Source: a virus. From it: 64,000 bases of DNA. How positions within the stretch are numbered: position 1 is the first letter of the stretch; the number at the start of each line of letters is the position of its first letter. A program made the position numbers and the translations under genes. This document shows positions 9,630 through 18,980 of this stretch, in pieces. The notes beneath the pieces are model-generated. The model had not been told where the DNA came from. It ran no database searches and was given only the letters and a program-made list of their open reading frames with translations. The DNA is taken from the IMG/VR virus record IMGVR_UViG_3300025131_000006, one strand, 5' to 3'.

Positions 9630-9812
9630 CAACCAACCAATCACCAACAACCACCCCCGGTCGTCCGCACTGTATAAGCACCCCCTCTCTCCAAAGGCCA
9701 AGCCTATTGCAGGCCACCCCCTCACCTACCACCAAGCCACCAAGCCACCAAGCCGATACCGGTCGCTCGGCTCTGATGAAGCCCCCCTTCGCTCAAAGGC
9801 CAGCCCTATTGC

Positions 9813-9866
9813 GGTCCAAGGGTGGTCCAAGGGTGGTCCAAGGGTGGTCCAAGGGTGGTCCAAGGG
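9813..9866. repeat. 11-bp tandem repeat (GGTCCAAGGGT) x about 5 at the strand-skew inversion; candidate origin iterons
   Basis: Repeat read directly; + strand is C/A-rich to the left and G/T-rich to the right. Confidence 0.85.
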
Positions 9867-10765
9867 CGGGTGGTTTCGGGTGGCCCCCTTCTTTGGGGGG
9901 AGGGGGTGCATTTTAGGGGGTCTGGGTTCCCATGCGGCCCAAGGCGGAATGGAACCGCTGCCTGACGCGGAGACGCACGGGGGTTTGGTTTTGGGCTGTG
10001 TGGGGGTCTGTGAGTGGCCTGTGGGGCTTCTAGTGAGTGTGGGTCTCTGTGGGTCTCTGTGGGGGTCTAGTTGCCTCTCTGTGGGGGTCTAGTTGCCTCT
10101 CTTGATGGGAGCCCGGTGTGTCGGTGTAATATTCTTGTGGGGGGAGGGGGTTGATAATTAGGGGGAGTGGTGGTGGGGGTGTGGTGGGGGGTGTTTGAAA
10201 AAGAAATTTATTTCTTGGTGATTCTAGGGGGTTGTTTTCGTGGGGGAATGTGTGGTTTTGTTGGAATTGTTTGCGGGATAAAGTATTTTTCTGTGGGTGA
10301 TGTTTTGGGCTAAGTGCCTGATGTTGTGGAGGGTGGGGTTTTGTGTTGTAGGAGAAAGTGGGGGGTGTGCTTGTAGGGGTCTGTGGGTGTATTTGATTTT
10401 TCGTGCCGGGTGTGTATTTTTGCAAAAAAATACTAAGTAGCTGGAAGTGTGGAGATGTCTGTGAATTCTTACAGGTGTAGTCTGTGTGATGTGGGGTGTA
10501 AATGGGGTGGTTCGGTGGGTGGTGTGGATTATTTTTTATTTTTTTGAAAAAGGTGGAGGCGGGGTGCCTTTGTATGGTGAGGGGGGGTTGAGATGGGAGA
10601 GGAAGATGGTGGGTATGAAGGAGAGGGTTAGGTCTGAGTTGAGGTCGAGGTTGTTGAGTCAGTTGGTGCGTGGGATGGAGAAGTGGGAGTTAGTGGAGTT
10701 GCGGGATGTGTTGTGTGAGAGCGTGGGGGATGTGGATGGGATGGACGTGGGGTCTAGGGTTCGGT

Positions 10766-11230
10766 TCAGGATGTGTCGCCGTCGTATGGGGTTGTGGTGG
10801 GGGCGGTCAAAGATTGGTTGAGCAGGTCGGCGGATGTGGGGCAGCATTGGAATGGTTCGGACTGACATCCGTCCTGGCATGAGATGAAGTGTTCTCGCCA
10901 CATATTCAGCAGGACTTCGCGGGTGGGTCCGGTGGTATCTTCGACCCATGTTTGGAGGTTGTGTTGATTGAGTTTGAACCAATGCACGGCACCGCGTCGG
11001 TTGGCCAGGGCTTGTTCATAGGGTTTTCCGTTATCGTCGGTGATTCCCAGGGATCGTTGTATGTATCTTTGTCCGTTGGGTTTTTGTTTCAGGGTACGGA
11101 AGACAACCAGGGGTCCGATGTCATTTTTCTTGGCGGATGCTTCGACTTGGGATCGCCAGATAGTAAGTTCAATGCGGTCGACTGTGGGGAGTTCGGCGTG
11201 GTTTGGGTGCGTGTCGGGTGTGTCTGTCAT
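10766..11230 (-). CDS. hypothetical protein with Cys cluster
   Basis: ATGA-coupled start; protein-like composition. Confidence 0.6.
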   Translation of the reverse strand: MTDTPDTHPNHAELPTVDRIELTIWRSQVEASAKKNDIGPLVVFRTLKQKPNGQRYIQRSLGITDDNGKPYEQALANRRGAVHWFKLNQHNLQTWVEDTTGPTREVLLNMWREHFISCQDGCQSEPFQCCPTSADLLNQSLTAPTTTPYDGDTS

Positions 11231-11433
11231 GGTTTTCCGATTTCCTTTATTTTGAGTGCTTTGACTTGGGATGTCCAGAATTTCAATAGCAGGGGTGGGT
11301 TTTGTTGTGCCATGGCGGCGAGCAGTGATTTTCCGACGGGGCAGGGGGGTCCTTTTGGAACAAGTTGGCATTTCGCGCAAGAGTGTTTGTGGTCGACGAA
11401 TGGGTTTCTGTTCGTGGGTATGATGAGTGTCAT
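11227..11433 (-). CDS. small hypothetical protein (CAKC...CPVG, possibly Zn-binding)
   Basis: ORF within a tight minus-strand gene run. Confidence 0.45.
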   Translation of the reverse strand: MTLIIPTNRNPFVDHKHSCAKCQLVPKGPPCPVGKSLLAAMAQQNPPLLLKFWTSQVKALKIKEIGKP

Positions 11434-11457
11434 GGTCTTGCCCGTTGTGACTGTTTC

Positions 11458-11739
11458 CTAGTAGGAGAATTCGATCCAGAGGTTGGGTTCTTTGTTGAGT
11501 CGTTCGACGAGTCCGATCAAGCGTCGTTGTATGTTGGGGGAGTAGCCGGAGGACTTGATGCTGGAGATGCATTGTTCGGGAGAGGAGGGTCGGCACACTT
11601 CGGTGTCGTCGATGTTCTTTCTGTCGAAAGAGTGGGAGTTGGCGAACCAGGTGTCTCCGTAGTGGCGAGCGGTGTCCCACCATAGGACAAGCTCTAATTT
11701 GTCCTGTGCTTGGCTATAAACGATGATATTCATGCCCAT
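11458..11739 (-). CDS. hypothetical protein
   Basis: ORF with CAGGAG RBS. Confidence 0.55.
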   Translation of the reverse strand: MGMNIIVYSQAQDKLELVLWWDTARHYGDTWFANSHSFDRKNIDDTEVCRPSSPEQCISSIKSSGYSPNIQRRLIGLVERLNKEPNLWIEFSY

Positions 11740-11768
11740 GGGCGGGTACTCCTGGGGTGGGGGTGTGG

Positions 11769-11960
11769 CTATTTGTTTTTATCAATCTCTTTCAGCAGTA
11801 GGCGTCGGGCAAGCTGTCCGACAGACTCTCCGTTTTCGAGCAAAGGGGAGATTTCTGTTTCTTGTTGGTTGGTTATGCGAAAAGATATGAGTCGGTTGGA
11901 TGCTATAGGTTGAAGCTTTGGCTTCATGCCAGAGTTCTTGCGTTTTCCTCCGCGAGGCAT
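11769..11960 (-). CDS. small DNA-binding protein (RGGKR..SG.KP basic arm plus ribbon-helix-helix-like region)
   Basis: MPRGGKRKNSGMKP arm, alternating ISFRIT strand, two helices; GGAG RBS. Confidence 0.6.
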   Translation of the reverse strand: MPRGGKRKNSGMKPKLQPIASNRLISFRITNQQETEISPLLENGESVGQLARRLLLKEIDKNK

Positions 11961-12016
11961 GTCGGTGTCTCCGTAGTGGGTTATACTTGGTTAGGGTGTG
12001 TTGTATGGTTCTTCCA

Positions 12017-12517
12017 TCAGGCTTCGGTTGAAGTCTCCGACGGCTCGCTGTCGAAGTGAGATTGGTTGTGCATGGGGAAGGTGGGGCACATTTGGCAGGT
12101 CCAGACGTCGAGCTTGGGGTGTGGCATCATGGTGGTTCGACAGTAGGAGCAGACAAGGGGTGGTCGGCGGGCACCGGGTAGATCGGTGCGGGTGTCGAGT
12201 ACGACTTCGGGAGCGGTGCGGATTGTGAGTTGTAGGTGTTCTTTGCGGGTGGGTAGTCGTTTGTGTATGTCGATGAAGTTGTGTGTTTCTACGGCGAGTT
12301 TAATGTCGGATGTTTCGATCGCGACAGTGCCGGTGTTGTGTATGGGGTTTTTGGAGATGCGGACACGGTATCGTTCGCATCCGTATCCCATTTGAAAAAC
12401 TAGAAAGGCTCCGAAGGGTTCGTCTTCGGGTATGAGTGTGAAGGAGATGGGTTTCATCTGCATGGTGAACCACAGGTCGTGTCGCCATTTGTTGACGGAG
12501 TCTACAGTGAGCGTCAT
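12017..12517 (-). CDS. hypothetical protein with C-terminal Zn ribbon (CSYC/CQMC)
   Basis: ORF with CAGGAG RBS. Confidence 0.65.
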   Translation of the reverse strand: MTLTVDSVNKWRHDLWFTMQMKPISFTLIPEDEPFGAFLVFQMGYGCERYRVRISKNPIHNTGTVAIETSDIKLAVETHNFIDIHKRLPTRKEHLQLTIRTAPEVVLDTRTDLPGARRPPLVCSYCRTTMMPHPKLDVWTCQMCPTFPMHNQSHFDSEPSETSTEA

Positions 12518-12668
12518 GGGTTTCTCCTGGGGGAGTGGGGGTTTTTTTGTTGTGGGAGACGGGGAATATGGTTTGGACGAGTGTGCTTGGGTCCGAGCTT
12601 GGGTCCGAGCTTGGGTTCAAGTGGGGTGTTGGTTTTGGCCAATGGCAGCAGTGTAGCAGTGGTGTGTA

Positions 12669-12683
12669 GTTCAGTGACTAAAC
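12669..12683. repeat. palindrome copy 4
   Basis: GTTCAGTGACTAAAC, overlaps a stop codon. Confidence 0.9.
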
Positions 12684-13097
12684 GTTGTAATCGAGGATAA
12701 GGGGTTCGTTTGCAGGAGATCCGTTTGCAGGAGATCCGTCTTTGTTGTGTTTGCGGACGACGCGGGCAGGTCGTGGTTGTCGTTGGCGTCGAGGTGGGTC
12801 TTCGGGTTGCGTGGGCGGCTCATGGTTGTCATTGGGGTCTGGGTATGTGGCTTCTCTCCAAAAGACGTCAACGGTCTCTTTGATGGACTGTGCGGTCTTG
12901 GGGAATCCGATGGCGTTCCAGAATCGGACTTTCAAGGGAGCCCATAGATGGACAGCAGTGGCGAGTGCGATTCTGCCGGGAGTGGATCGGGCGGTGTACT
13001 GTGCGACGTTTTTGATCGTGTCTTTGGTTTTCTGGAGTATAGATTTCTTCACGTTGGGCCTCTTGTTGGGCGGGGTGTGTTTGGGTTTATTCGTCAA
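12678..13097 (-). CDS. hypothetical basic protein
   Basis: ORF; stop codon lies inside a palindrome copy. Confidence 0.5.
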   Translation of the reverse strand: MTNKPKHTPPNKRPNVKKSILQKTKDTIKNVAQYTARSTPGRIALATAVHLWAPLKVRFWNAIGFPKTAQSIKETVDVFWREATYPDPNDNHEPPTQPEDPPRRQRQPRPARVVRKHNKDGSPANGSPANEPLILDYNV

Positions 13098-13416
13098 CTA
13101 GGCGACATGGCATCATGGGGTGGGTGACGTCCCACCAGATGCTGGGTTGTCTGGTGTTGCGGCTCAGTAGGCGGCACTGTCCGGATGTGTCGGGGGAGGG
13201 GAGTTTGGTGAACCACAGAAAGTATCTGAGTGATTTTTTGACGGGTTTGATGTTGACCTCGATGATCCATCCGCCTCTCCAGAACTCCCGTGCGTTTTCC
13301 AATTTTCCGATAAATGTCGAGTGGTTGCCGCGAGTATTGCTGGTGACTCGTCCATTTTTTGAAACGGCGAAGTCCAGTGATATTTGTGGTAGTTCTTCGG
13401 TTTCTGTCTTGGGCAT
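13087..13416 (-). CDS. hypothetical protein
   Basis: ATG at 13416 with GGAG RBS. Confidence 0.55.
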   Translation of the reverse strand: MPKTETEELPQISLDFAVSKNGRVTSNTRGNHSTFIGKLENAREFWRGGWIIEVNIKPVKKSLRYFLWFTKLPSPDTSGQCRLLSRNTRQPSIWWDVTHPMMPCRLVDE

Positions 13417-13445
13417 GGTGTTCTCCGCAGTGTCGTGTTTCTGTG

Positions 13446-13679
13446 TTATTGGGTAAATAGGGCATGAGTGGCCCATATAGCAACACACAGGAAGGCGGAT
13501 GCCAGGCACAGGCAGAACGTCGCGGTGAGGTCACTGATGGGAGGCCGGTGCGGTTTGGGCTTCTTGTGCGGCATGATGGCCCACACGAGAACGAGAGCCG
13601 ATCCGATCGCCAGCAAGATCGTGGTGATCAGATAGTGCGTGGCAACTGCAAACATGGCGGTGTTTATAAGAAAACTCAT
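13446..13679 (-). CDS. small two-TM membrane protein
   Basis: Two hydrophobic segments; AGGAGG RBS. Confidence 0.6.
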   Translation of the reverse strand: MSFLINTAMFAVATHYLITTILLAIGSALVLVWAIMPHKKPKPHRPPISDLTATFCLCLASAFLCVAIWATHALFTQ

Positions 13680-13697
13680 GGCTGCGACCTCCTGGGG

Positions 13698-13712
13698 GTT
13701 TAGTCACTGAAC
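13698..13712. repeat. palindrome copy 5
   Basis: GTTTAGTCACTGAAC, intergenic. Confidence 0.9.
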
Positions 13713-13919
13713 TTTGAGTATCTTACCATCCGGCCCATTCGAGCGGAGAAAAGTTGAACATCTTGGGGTGGGGGATGTTCGGGAACCCATACTCCATATA
13801 GAGATATGTGTGTGTCTGCCAAGACACATCGGCTTCTGGATCGACGCCGTCGGCGATGGCGTCTTCGGCTGTTGCGTAATGGGAAGACCACTCTCCTGTT
13901 GGCGGGGGGTTTCCTCCAT

Positions 13920-14264
13920 TCACGTAGACTCGAATAGAGTATCCCAAAAGGGCGTGTTTTCGTTGGTGAATATTGCGGCGATCTCCCACAGGGGTTTGCC
14001 GACAGTGGGAAACTCGTCGCAGTGAGTTTCCAAGCTAAATTCTTCGTACGATCGCAGGTGTTCGATCTCCGGCATGAGCAAGTCTCGGTCTTCCTTGCTC
14101 ATTTTGTGGAGGAATCCCTTGACGTATCTCAGGTCGGGGTGTCGCTGTTTCGAGTAATCAGCAAGCTCGACAATCTCTTTTCGTTCTTTGGCGGTCAGGC
14201 TTTCCCAATCCGATGTCGTGTGGATTGGTTTGGACATGAGTTCTGCGATCTCTGGCTTGGTCAT
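13920..14264 (-). CDS. hypothetical protein (followed by a GTGA-coupled small ORF, 13723-13923)
   Basis: ORF with CAGGAG RBS. Confidence 0.6.
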   Translation of the reverse strand: MTKPEIAELMSKPIHTTSDWESLTAKERKEIVELADYSKQRHPDLRYVKGFLHKMSKEDRDLLMPEIEHLRSYEEFSLETHCDEFPTVGKPLWEIAAIFTNENTPFWDTLFEST

Positions 14265-14633
14265 GAGTTTAGACTCCTGTGGGGGTTTCCTAGTAATTTT
14301 AGTTTTATCTTGTCATGTAATATGTGACAAGTATGACATACCTGTAGCCAGGGAAGGTCTCTTCCTGTATGTTCTCGATGATATGTAACCTTTTTTGGGG
14401 ATATTTGGACATCGTGTGGAGAGATAAGTCTTCTCGTCCGACCTGTAATTTGTGCTTGGGTTCAAATTGTATGTGTTTGGGTTCTTTGACCTTTTGTCAA
14501 TGTGAGCGTATATTCGAAGGAGCCAGGAGGCGTCGTACCTTTTGGTTTGGTTTCACCCCAATAGACCTACTGCCAGGATGGTTATCTGTGGGGTGATGCC
14601 GTCTGTGTTAAACCTGCGAACGGGGAGCTTGTA

Positions 14634-15209
14634 ATGGATATAGAATTGGTATTGTGGATAGCAGCGGGCGTATCCAAGGAGGGTTGGTCGCCTGGGATGG
14701 TTTTTTGGGGAAGCGTAGTTGGATCAGTGTGGGCGAGTTTCCTGTTTGTGAATTGGTTGATCGATCGGTTCAAGGCGTGGGGTTGGCTGAAAGACCCGAT
14801 TCAGGAAAAGTTGGAGAAGCACCTGGATGCGTCCGAGGAGTCCGATCGCAAGATCGCTGCAATTGTAGAGATGCAAGAGACTCAGACGGAGATCGTCCAG
14901 ACGATTTATGGTCTCTTGACCGATACTTTGACGCAGGAACAGTTAAAGAAAGCTCTTGAGTCTTTGGGGTCGGTCCACAGTGAGGTGCTGCGGATAGGAG
15001 AGTGGACGCCAACACCTCCCACGATTTCTGTGCCACGCCATTGGTGTCAAGCAGGAGATTTGGGGAATGACGTCTCTGCGATGCGGGACAAAATAATTCG
15101 AATGGAACACCGCGTGGAGGAGTTGTCTCGTTTGGAGTACAGTGCAGCGGCGAACATATCGAAGATGTCATTGCTGTTGGAGCAACTGGCTTCACATTTG
15201 TCAAAGTAG
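14634..15209 (+). CDS. N-terminal TM plus coiled-coil protein (holin-like architecture)
   Basis: Hydrophobic N-terminal helix, heptad-like remainder; GGGGAG RBS. Confidence 0.55.
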   Translation: MDIELVLWIAAGVSKEGWSPGMVFWGSVVGSVWASFLFVNWLIDRFKAWGWLKDPIQEKLEKHLDASEESDRKIAAIVEMQETQTEIVQTIYGLLTDTLTQEQLKKALESLGSVHSEVLRIGEWTPTPPTISVPRHWCQAGDLGNDVSAMRDKIIRMEHRVEELSRLEYSAAANISKMSLLLEQLASHLSK

Positions 15210-15362
15210 TGGGTGAGGTGAAGGAGGGAGTGTTTAATAGACGGTCGGGCTGGTTGATAAGGGGGGAGACAACAGATATGATGTATGCCATGAAGTCACA
15301 ATGCACAAGCTCTGGTGCAATCGTTGTGAGATTTCAAATCATTGATATGGAGAGTAGGTGGC

Positions 15363-15590
15363 ATGGTCGATCTGCAACAGGCAATGGAAGTACACGAAGA
15401 GACATCGGATCGCTTGGATAAATTACTGGAAGATGCGGGGTGGGTCGGCAACGGGGAACATCGGCCTGTTTTTAGTTTGGCTGGATCAGGGATTCCGCGT
15501 CCGAGCTTTCTGCCACCTGTGGCAGAAAAAGATGGGGAGTTTGGGTTCTCGGAGCTTGATAGTTTTGGGAGAGAATTGGAAGAGTTTTAG
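15363..15590 (+). CDS. hypothetical protein
   Basis: Short acidic ORF with RBS. Confidence 0.4.
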   Translation: MVDLQQAMEVHEETSDRLDKLLEDAGWVGNGEHRPVFSLAGSGIPRPSFLPPVAEKDGEFGFSELDSFGRELEEF

Positions 15591-15828
15591 GGATCTTTTT
15601 TTTTGATCCTGTGGGGAATTCTATGGAGATCATTTTTTTTCTCCACAACAGAGATCTCAGAGATCTTCGGTGGCTTTTTTTCTCTATGTTTGATTTAGTA
15701 AAATTCGAAAAAGGTCAAGCACTATAATAAGTCATTGCGTTGCCCTGTCAAGATGTTGAAATATCAGGATAATTCTCTTTATGAATGTTTGTTAATAGAA
15801 GACTTGATCTATTTTTCTAGAGATAGAA

Positions 15829-15843
15829 GTTTAGTCACTAAAC
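15829..15843. repeat. palindrome copy 6
   Basis: GTTTAGTCACTAAAC in an AT-rich gap. Confidence 0.9.
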
Positions 15844-15929
15844 TTCTGCAGGGCGATTTTTGAAATTGCGTTTTTTGACATGCCTTATAGAGATCTTTTT
15901 GTCTTGTCTGTGGAGAAAAGAATAGAGCC

Positions 15930-16349
15930 CTAGTTTTTGCGTCCCGATGGCAGCAGATGGGGGTCTGCTTTTGTGCACAATCGGATAACGTGAAGACACT
16001 GCTCTTCGTCGAACATTCCGATGTGGGTTTCCTCTTGCGGAAGATCCATTTCTAAGCTCAACCAATGATAGGCCAGCTTGCGCCAGGTTCTTCTGGCTTC
16101 AGGGGAGCCTGTTCTCCACCTCTTATCAAAGACTTCGTGAGCTTCCCTTCTCAGTCCACGCAGTTTCTTTCTCGCAGGAGTTCCCAGGGGTCTCCCGTCG
16201 GCATGACACCCCACGTACGCCGGGCATCCTGTGCATTTGTAAAATTGTTTGCTTTCCAGGTCGGGTCGCCAGGGGTAGATGTCGGCCCCTGTTGCCAAAA
16301 CAGAAGGCACGTCGCAATACGGGCAAAGGGGAGGGCTATGCGTCATCAT
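15930..16349 (-). CDS. DUF3268-like zinc-finger protein
   Basis: CPYC...CTGCPAYVGCH...PLGT.A...AH..FD..W...AY.WL...HIGMFDEEQC pattern. Confidence 0.8.
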   Translation of the reverse strand: MMTHSPPLCPYCDVPSVLATGADIYPWRPDLESKQFYKCTGCPAYVGCHADGRPLGTPARKKLRGLRREAHEVFDKRWRTGSPEARRTWRKLAYHWLSLEMDLPQEETHIGMFDEEQCLHVIRLCTKADPHLLPSGRKN

Positions 16350-16869
16350 CAGGTGACATAACGCTTCGTACGGCCCCCAAGAGACGCTCTCTCATTGACT
16401 TTCTTTTGGTCCGGGTGTGCACGGATGTGGTCTCGGAGGGAACGATGGCATAGAGGTTTTCGCAGTGAGGGCATCTGTGTGTGGAGGTGGTGTATTGTGG
16501 ACGATTGCCGGGATTTGGGAGAGGGCAGACTCCGTGAGTGGAGTGCGGGTCTTCTGTGTAGGCAAGTGACATCTCTGGGGGAATCGCCCCTTCTGGAGTA
16601 ACGTCCCACTCGCTTGACCAAAAGACCATGCGAAGATTGTCGGTGAGCGATGCCAAGAGATAGTAGGGTCGGATGTCCTTGGGCATGTCTGGGTGACTTG
16701 TGATGTCTTCCAAGCGGAAATTTGGGAATTCCGCCAGGAACATCATCGACACAGACACTAGAGCCAATCGTGACTCGGTGCCGCGAAACTCCTCGATGAC
16801 GTCAATTATTCCGGTGTGGAAACGTTCTAGGATTTCGTCTCTGAGAGAGGGCACGGGAAGCGTGGACAT
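16336..16869 (-). CDS. hypothetical protein
   Basis: 177-aa ORF, coupled to neighbours. Confidence 0.65.
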   Translation of the reverse strand: MSTLPVPSLRDEILERFHTGIIDVIEEFRGTESRLALVSVSMMFLAEFPNFRLEDITSHPDMPKDIRPYYLLASLTDNLRMVFWSSEWDVTPEGAIPPEMSLAYTEDPHSTHGVCPLPNPGNRPQYTTSTHRCPHCENLYAIVPSETTSVHTRTKRKSMRERLLGAVRSVMSPDDDA

Positions 16870-17396
16870 TAGTGGGTGGCCCCGGAGGCAATCTTCTCAT
16901 GCAGGTTGGAGCCGACGACGAGTAGTCTCATCTGTGTGTGATTCATGCCGAAGATAAACTGTGCCGTTTGGCTGATGTGCCCCTCTGGTGAGATGCCATG
17001 TCGCATGATAATCTCGCCGAGTTGATCTTCTCGAATATCGACCAAGATGGGCTTCTGGCAGATGTGGACGATGGCTTTCCAAGCTCTTCCACCGTTGCCT
17101 CTTTCTTCGATCTCCACGAGTTGAGCACCCGAAAAGGGTTCGTTGGGGATGATCTCGATGTCGTGTTCGGCTCTCGATGGAAGGCCATTATTGGCCCACC
17201 GGATGCCTGTTTGGATGGACTTTTCGCTGGCACCGCGAGCGATGAATGCCGGGCTGGCCTCGTACGTCTCTTCGTACGCCTTCTCAGAGTATCGATACCA
17301 CCTGCGGACAGATGCTTGAAAGAAGTTCCGGGTGACGGTGTGGTTGGGCGTGATGATAGCGATGGTTTCGGGGATTGTTCCAATCTTTCGAGCCAT
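16869..17396 (-). CDS. hypothetical phage protein
   Basis: 175-aa ORF with GGAGAG RBS. Confidence 0.7.
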   Translation of the reverse strand: MARKIGTIPETIAIITPNHTVTRNFFQASVRRWYRYSEKAYEETYEASPAFIARGASEKSIQTGIRWANNGLPSRAEHDIEIIPNEPFSGAQLVEIEERGNGGRAWKAIVHICQKPILVDIREDQLGEIIMRHGISPEGHISQTAQFIFGMNHTQMRLLVVGSNLHEKIASGATH

Positions 17397-17417
17397 GGGT
17401 GAACTCTCCGTGTTTTT

Positions 17418-17951
17418 TTATTTTGTGTAGCGTCGAAAGCCGAAACGTCGCATGGTGCTCCTGGATCTGTATCGCGGTCCTGATCTGGAGCTTCGGTATC
17501 GACTGCCCCTCGTGTTGGACCGATACCTGCTGCGTCGTGGGGGTTTGGTCACACGGAACCACTTGGCTCGGTTGCGGGCGTCGGAAGATCGGTATCGACT
17601 CAGTGCGATGCGGTAGCTGGATGTGCCGCGTTGGTGGCGTTGCCACTTGCGAACTTTTTTGTATCGTTGGACTCGAACCTTGCGGTATCTGTAGATCGGC
17701 ACGCCCTTCATGTGGTAGGCGATGTACCGCTGAGATTCCATGATCCAATAGGGCACAGTGTCGTCCCACCCGACCTCGACGTAAGGAGGTTCCCACTCGT
17801 CATAGTCATTTTGGGATACGGCACCCGAAGGCATTGATTTGAGGCAAGCTCTTGCTCCAAAGAGGACAACGACAACAGCGGTGCAGAAGATCAGGAAATT
17901 GATGAGTGGGAAGTTGGGGCCTTGACGGTTTCGTCGGTGTGCGTGTCCCAT
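17418..17951 (-). CDS. membrane-anchored protein with Arg/Ser/Tyr-rich C-terminus
   Basis: One TM helix followed by RYRS repeats; CAGGAG RBS. Confidence 0.65.
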   Translation of the reverse strand: MGHAHRRNRQGPNFPLINFLIFCTAVVVVLFGARACLKSMPSGAVSQNDYDEWEPPYVEVGWDDTVPYWIMESQRYIAYHMKGVPIYRYRKVRVQRYKKVRKWQRHQRGTSSYRIALSRYRSSDARNRAKWFRVTKPPRRSRYRSNTRGSRYRSSRSGPRYRSRSTMRRFGFRRYTK

Positions 17952-18014
17952 ATCAAGTGTCTCCTGTGACAGTGGGGGGAGATTTTATTGGATCTTTGGG
18001 TCGTGGAAAAATAA

Positions 18015-18109
18015 GACCCCATACAGGCTCGTCAGCACTTTCGAGGCAGCAGTCTATACCTCGACATTAGAGGACGTGTGTTTTTGGCACAGCGAGCCTG
18101 TATGGGGTC
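18015..18109. other. intergenic structured element: perfect 17-bp inverted repeat enclosing two small hairpins
   Basis: GACCCCATACAGGCTCG (18015-31) pairs with CGAGCCTGTATGGGGTC (18093-109). Confidence 0.75.
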
Positions 18110-18116
18110 CGTTTTC

Positions 18117-18833
18117 TTACATGTCGTCCATAGGAATCATAAGGATGACAGCTTTCAGGTCTTTGTTGTAAGTACTCTGCCACCCTATTGCCGCAGGGTA
18201 GAGTCCGTGGATGTACTTCCACATCTCTTCATGGGTCTGATCCAAGATGGCGGCAGCTTCCGCCATCATGATGCGGGCTTGGTATCGTTTCTTTGCCAAG
18301 GCTTCGAGCGGAAGGTTCTCTTCGTCCGAGAGTTGGATCAGCATGCCGGGGTATCCGGAGTCGGAAGCCGGTGGGGGATCGACAGGAGCGGGGTCGGGGT
18401 CGGTTCCGGGATCTCCGGGCAAGGAGATGTGATGGGTCAGGGCGTTCACAGCTTCGTTAATCTCGAACGGGATCATGTCACCCCCTTCGCCGATATTGAA
18501 CAACAGCAGGAGGGGTTGTTCGACACGGTTATTGTCGAACGACGGGTGCCAATGCTCGGTTGCCCGGATGGGCGAAGCGTGGGTGTTGTCATGAACAACA
18601 CGAACGAACTCCAAAGACATGTGGTCGGGGAAGAGGCTGTTGAATTGGCGAAGAGCGTCTTGTCCTTGACCGACGGCAACATCAAGTTCCGCATCAGAAT
18701 CAGGGCGGGGGGAGTTGGCGTACACAGTATACCGTGGTTGGATAGGGATCTCTTCGTCGGTGGGCCAAAGAGGTGGCGTGTCTGCGTGTTTGGTGATTTT
18801 CAGGGTCAGTTCGACAAGGGACATTTGATCCAT
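18117..18833 (-). CDS. hypothetical protein
   Basis: ORF, CAGGAG RBS before ATG at 18833. Confidence 0.7.
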   Translation of the reverse strand: MDQMSLVELTLKITKHADTPPLWPTDEEIPIQPRYTVYANSPRPDSDAELDVAVGQGQDALRQFNSLFPDHMSLEFVRVVHDNTHASPIRATEHWHPSFDNNRVEQPLLLLFNIGEGGDMIPFEINEAVNALTHHISLPGDPGTDPDPAPVDPPPASDSGYPGMLIQLSDEENLPLEALAKKRYQARIMMAEAAAILDQTHEEMWKYIHGLYPAAIGWQSTYNKDLKAVILMIPMDDM

Positions 18834-18882
18834 GAGTTTTTTTCTCCTGTGTGGTGGGGGGCAAGTAAACAGTATCATCACT

Positions 18883-18897
18883 GTTCAGTCACTGAAC
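18883..18897. repeat. palindrome copy 7
   Basis: GTTCAGTCACTGAAC. Confidence 0.9.
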
Positions 18898-18980
18898 AAT
18901 GCAGAGCATTGTTGGCTTTAGATAAATATTTCCTCCTGTAATCATCTACATGATATACAGGTACTATGGTTGTTGCGACA

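Noticed and set aside
9813-9866. Tandem repeats as a mini-CRISPR array
   Set aside because: The units are contiguous with no spacers.
13723-14264. Possible single-base frameshift joining 14264->13920 with 13923->13723
   Set aside because: The junction is a GTGA start/stop overlap, which this genome uses for normal translational coupling; it cannot be resolved without homologues.
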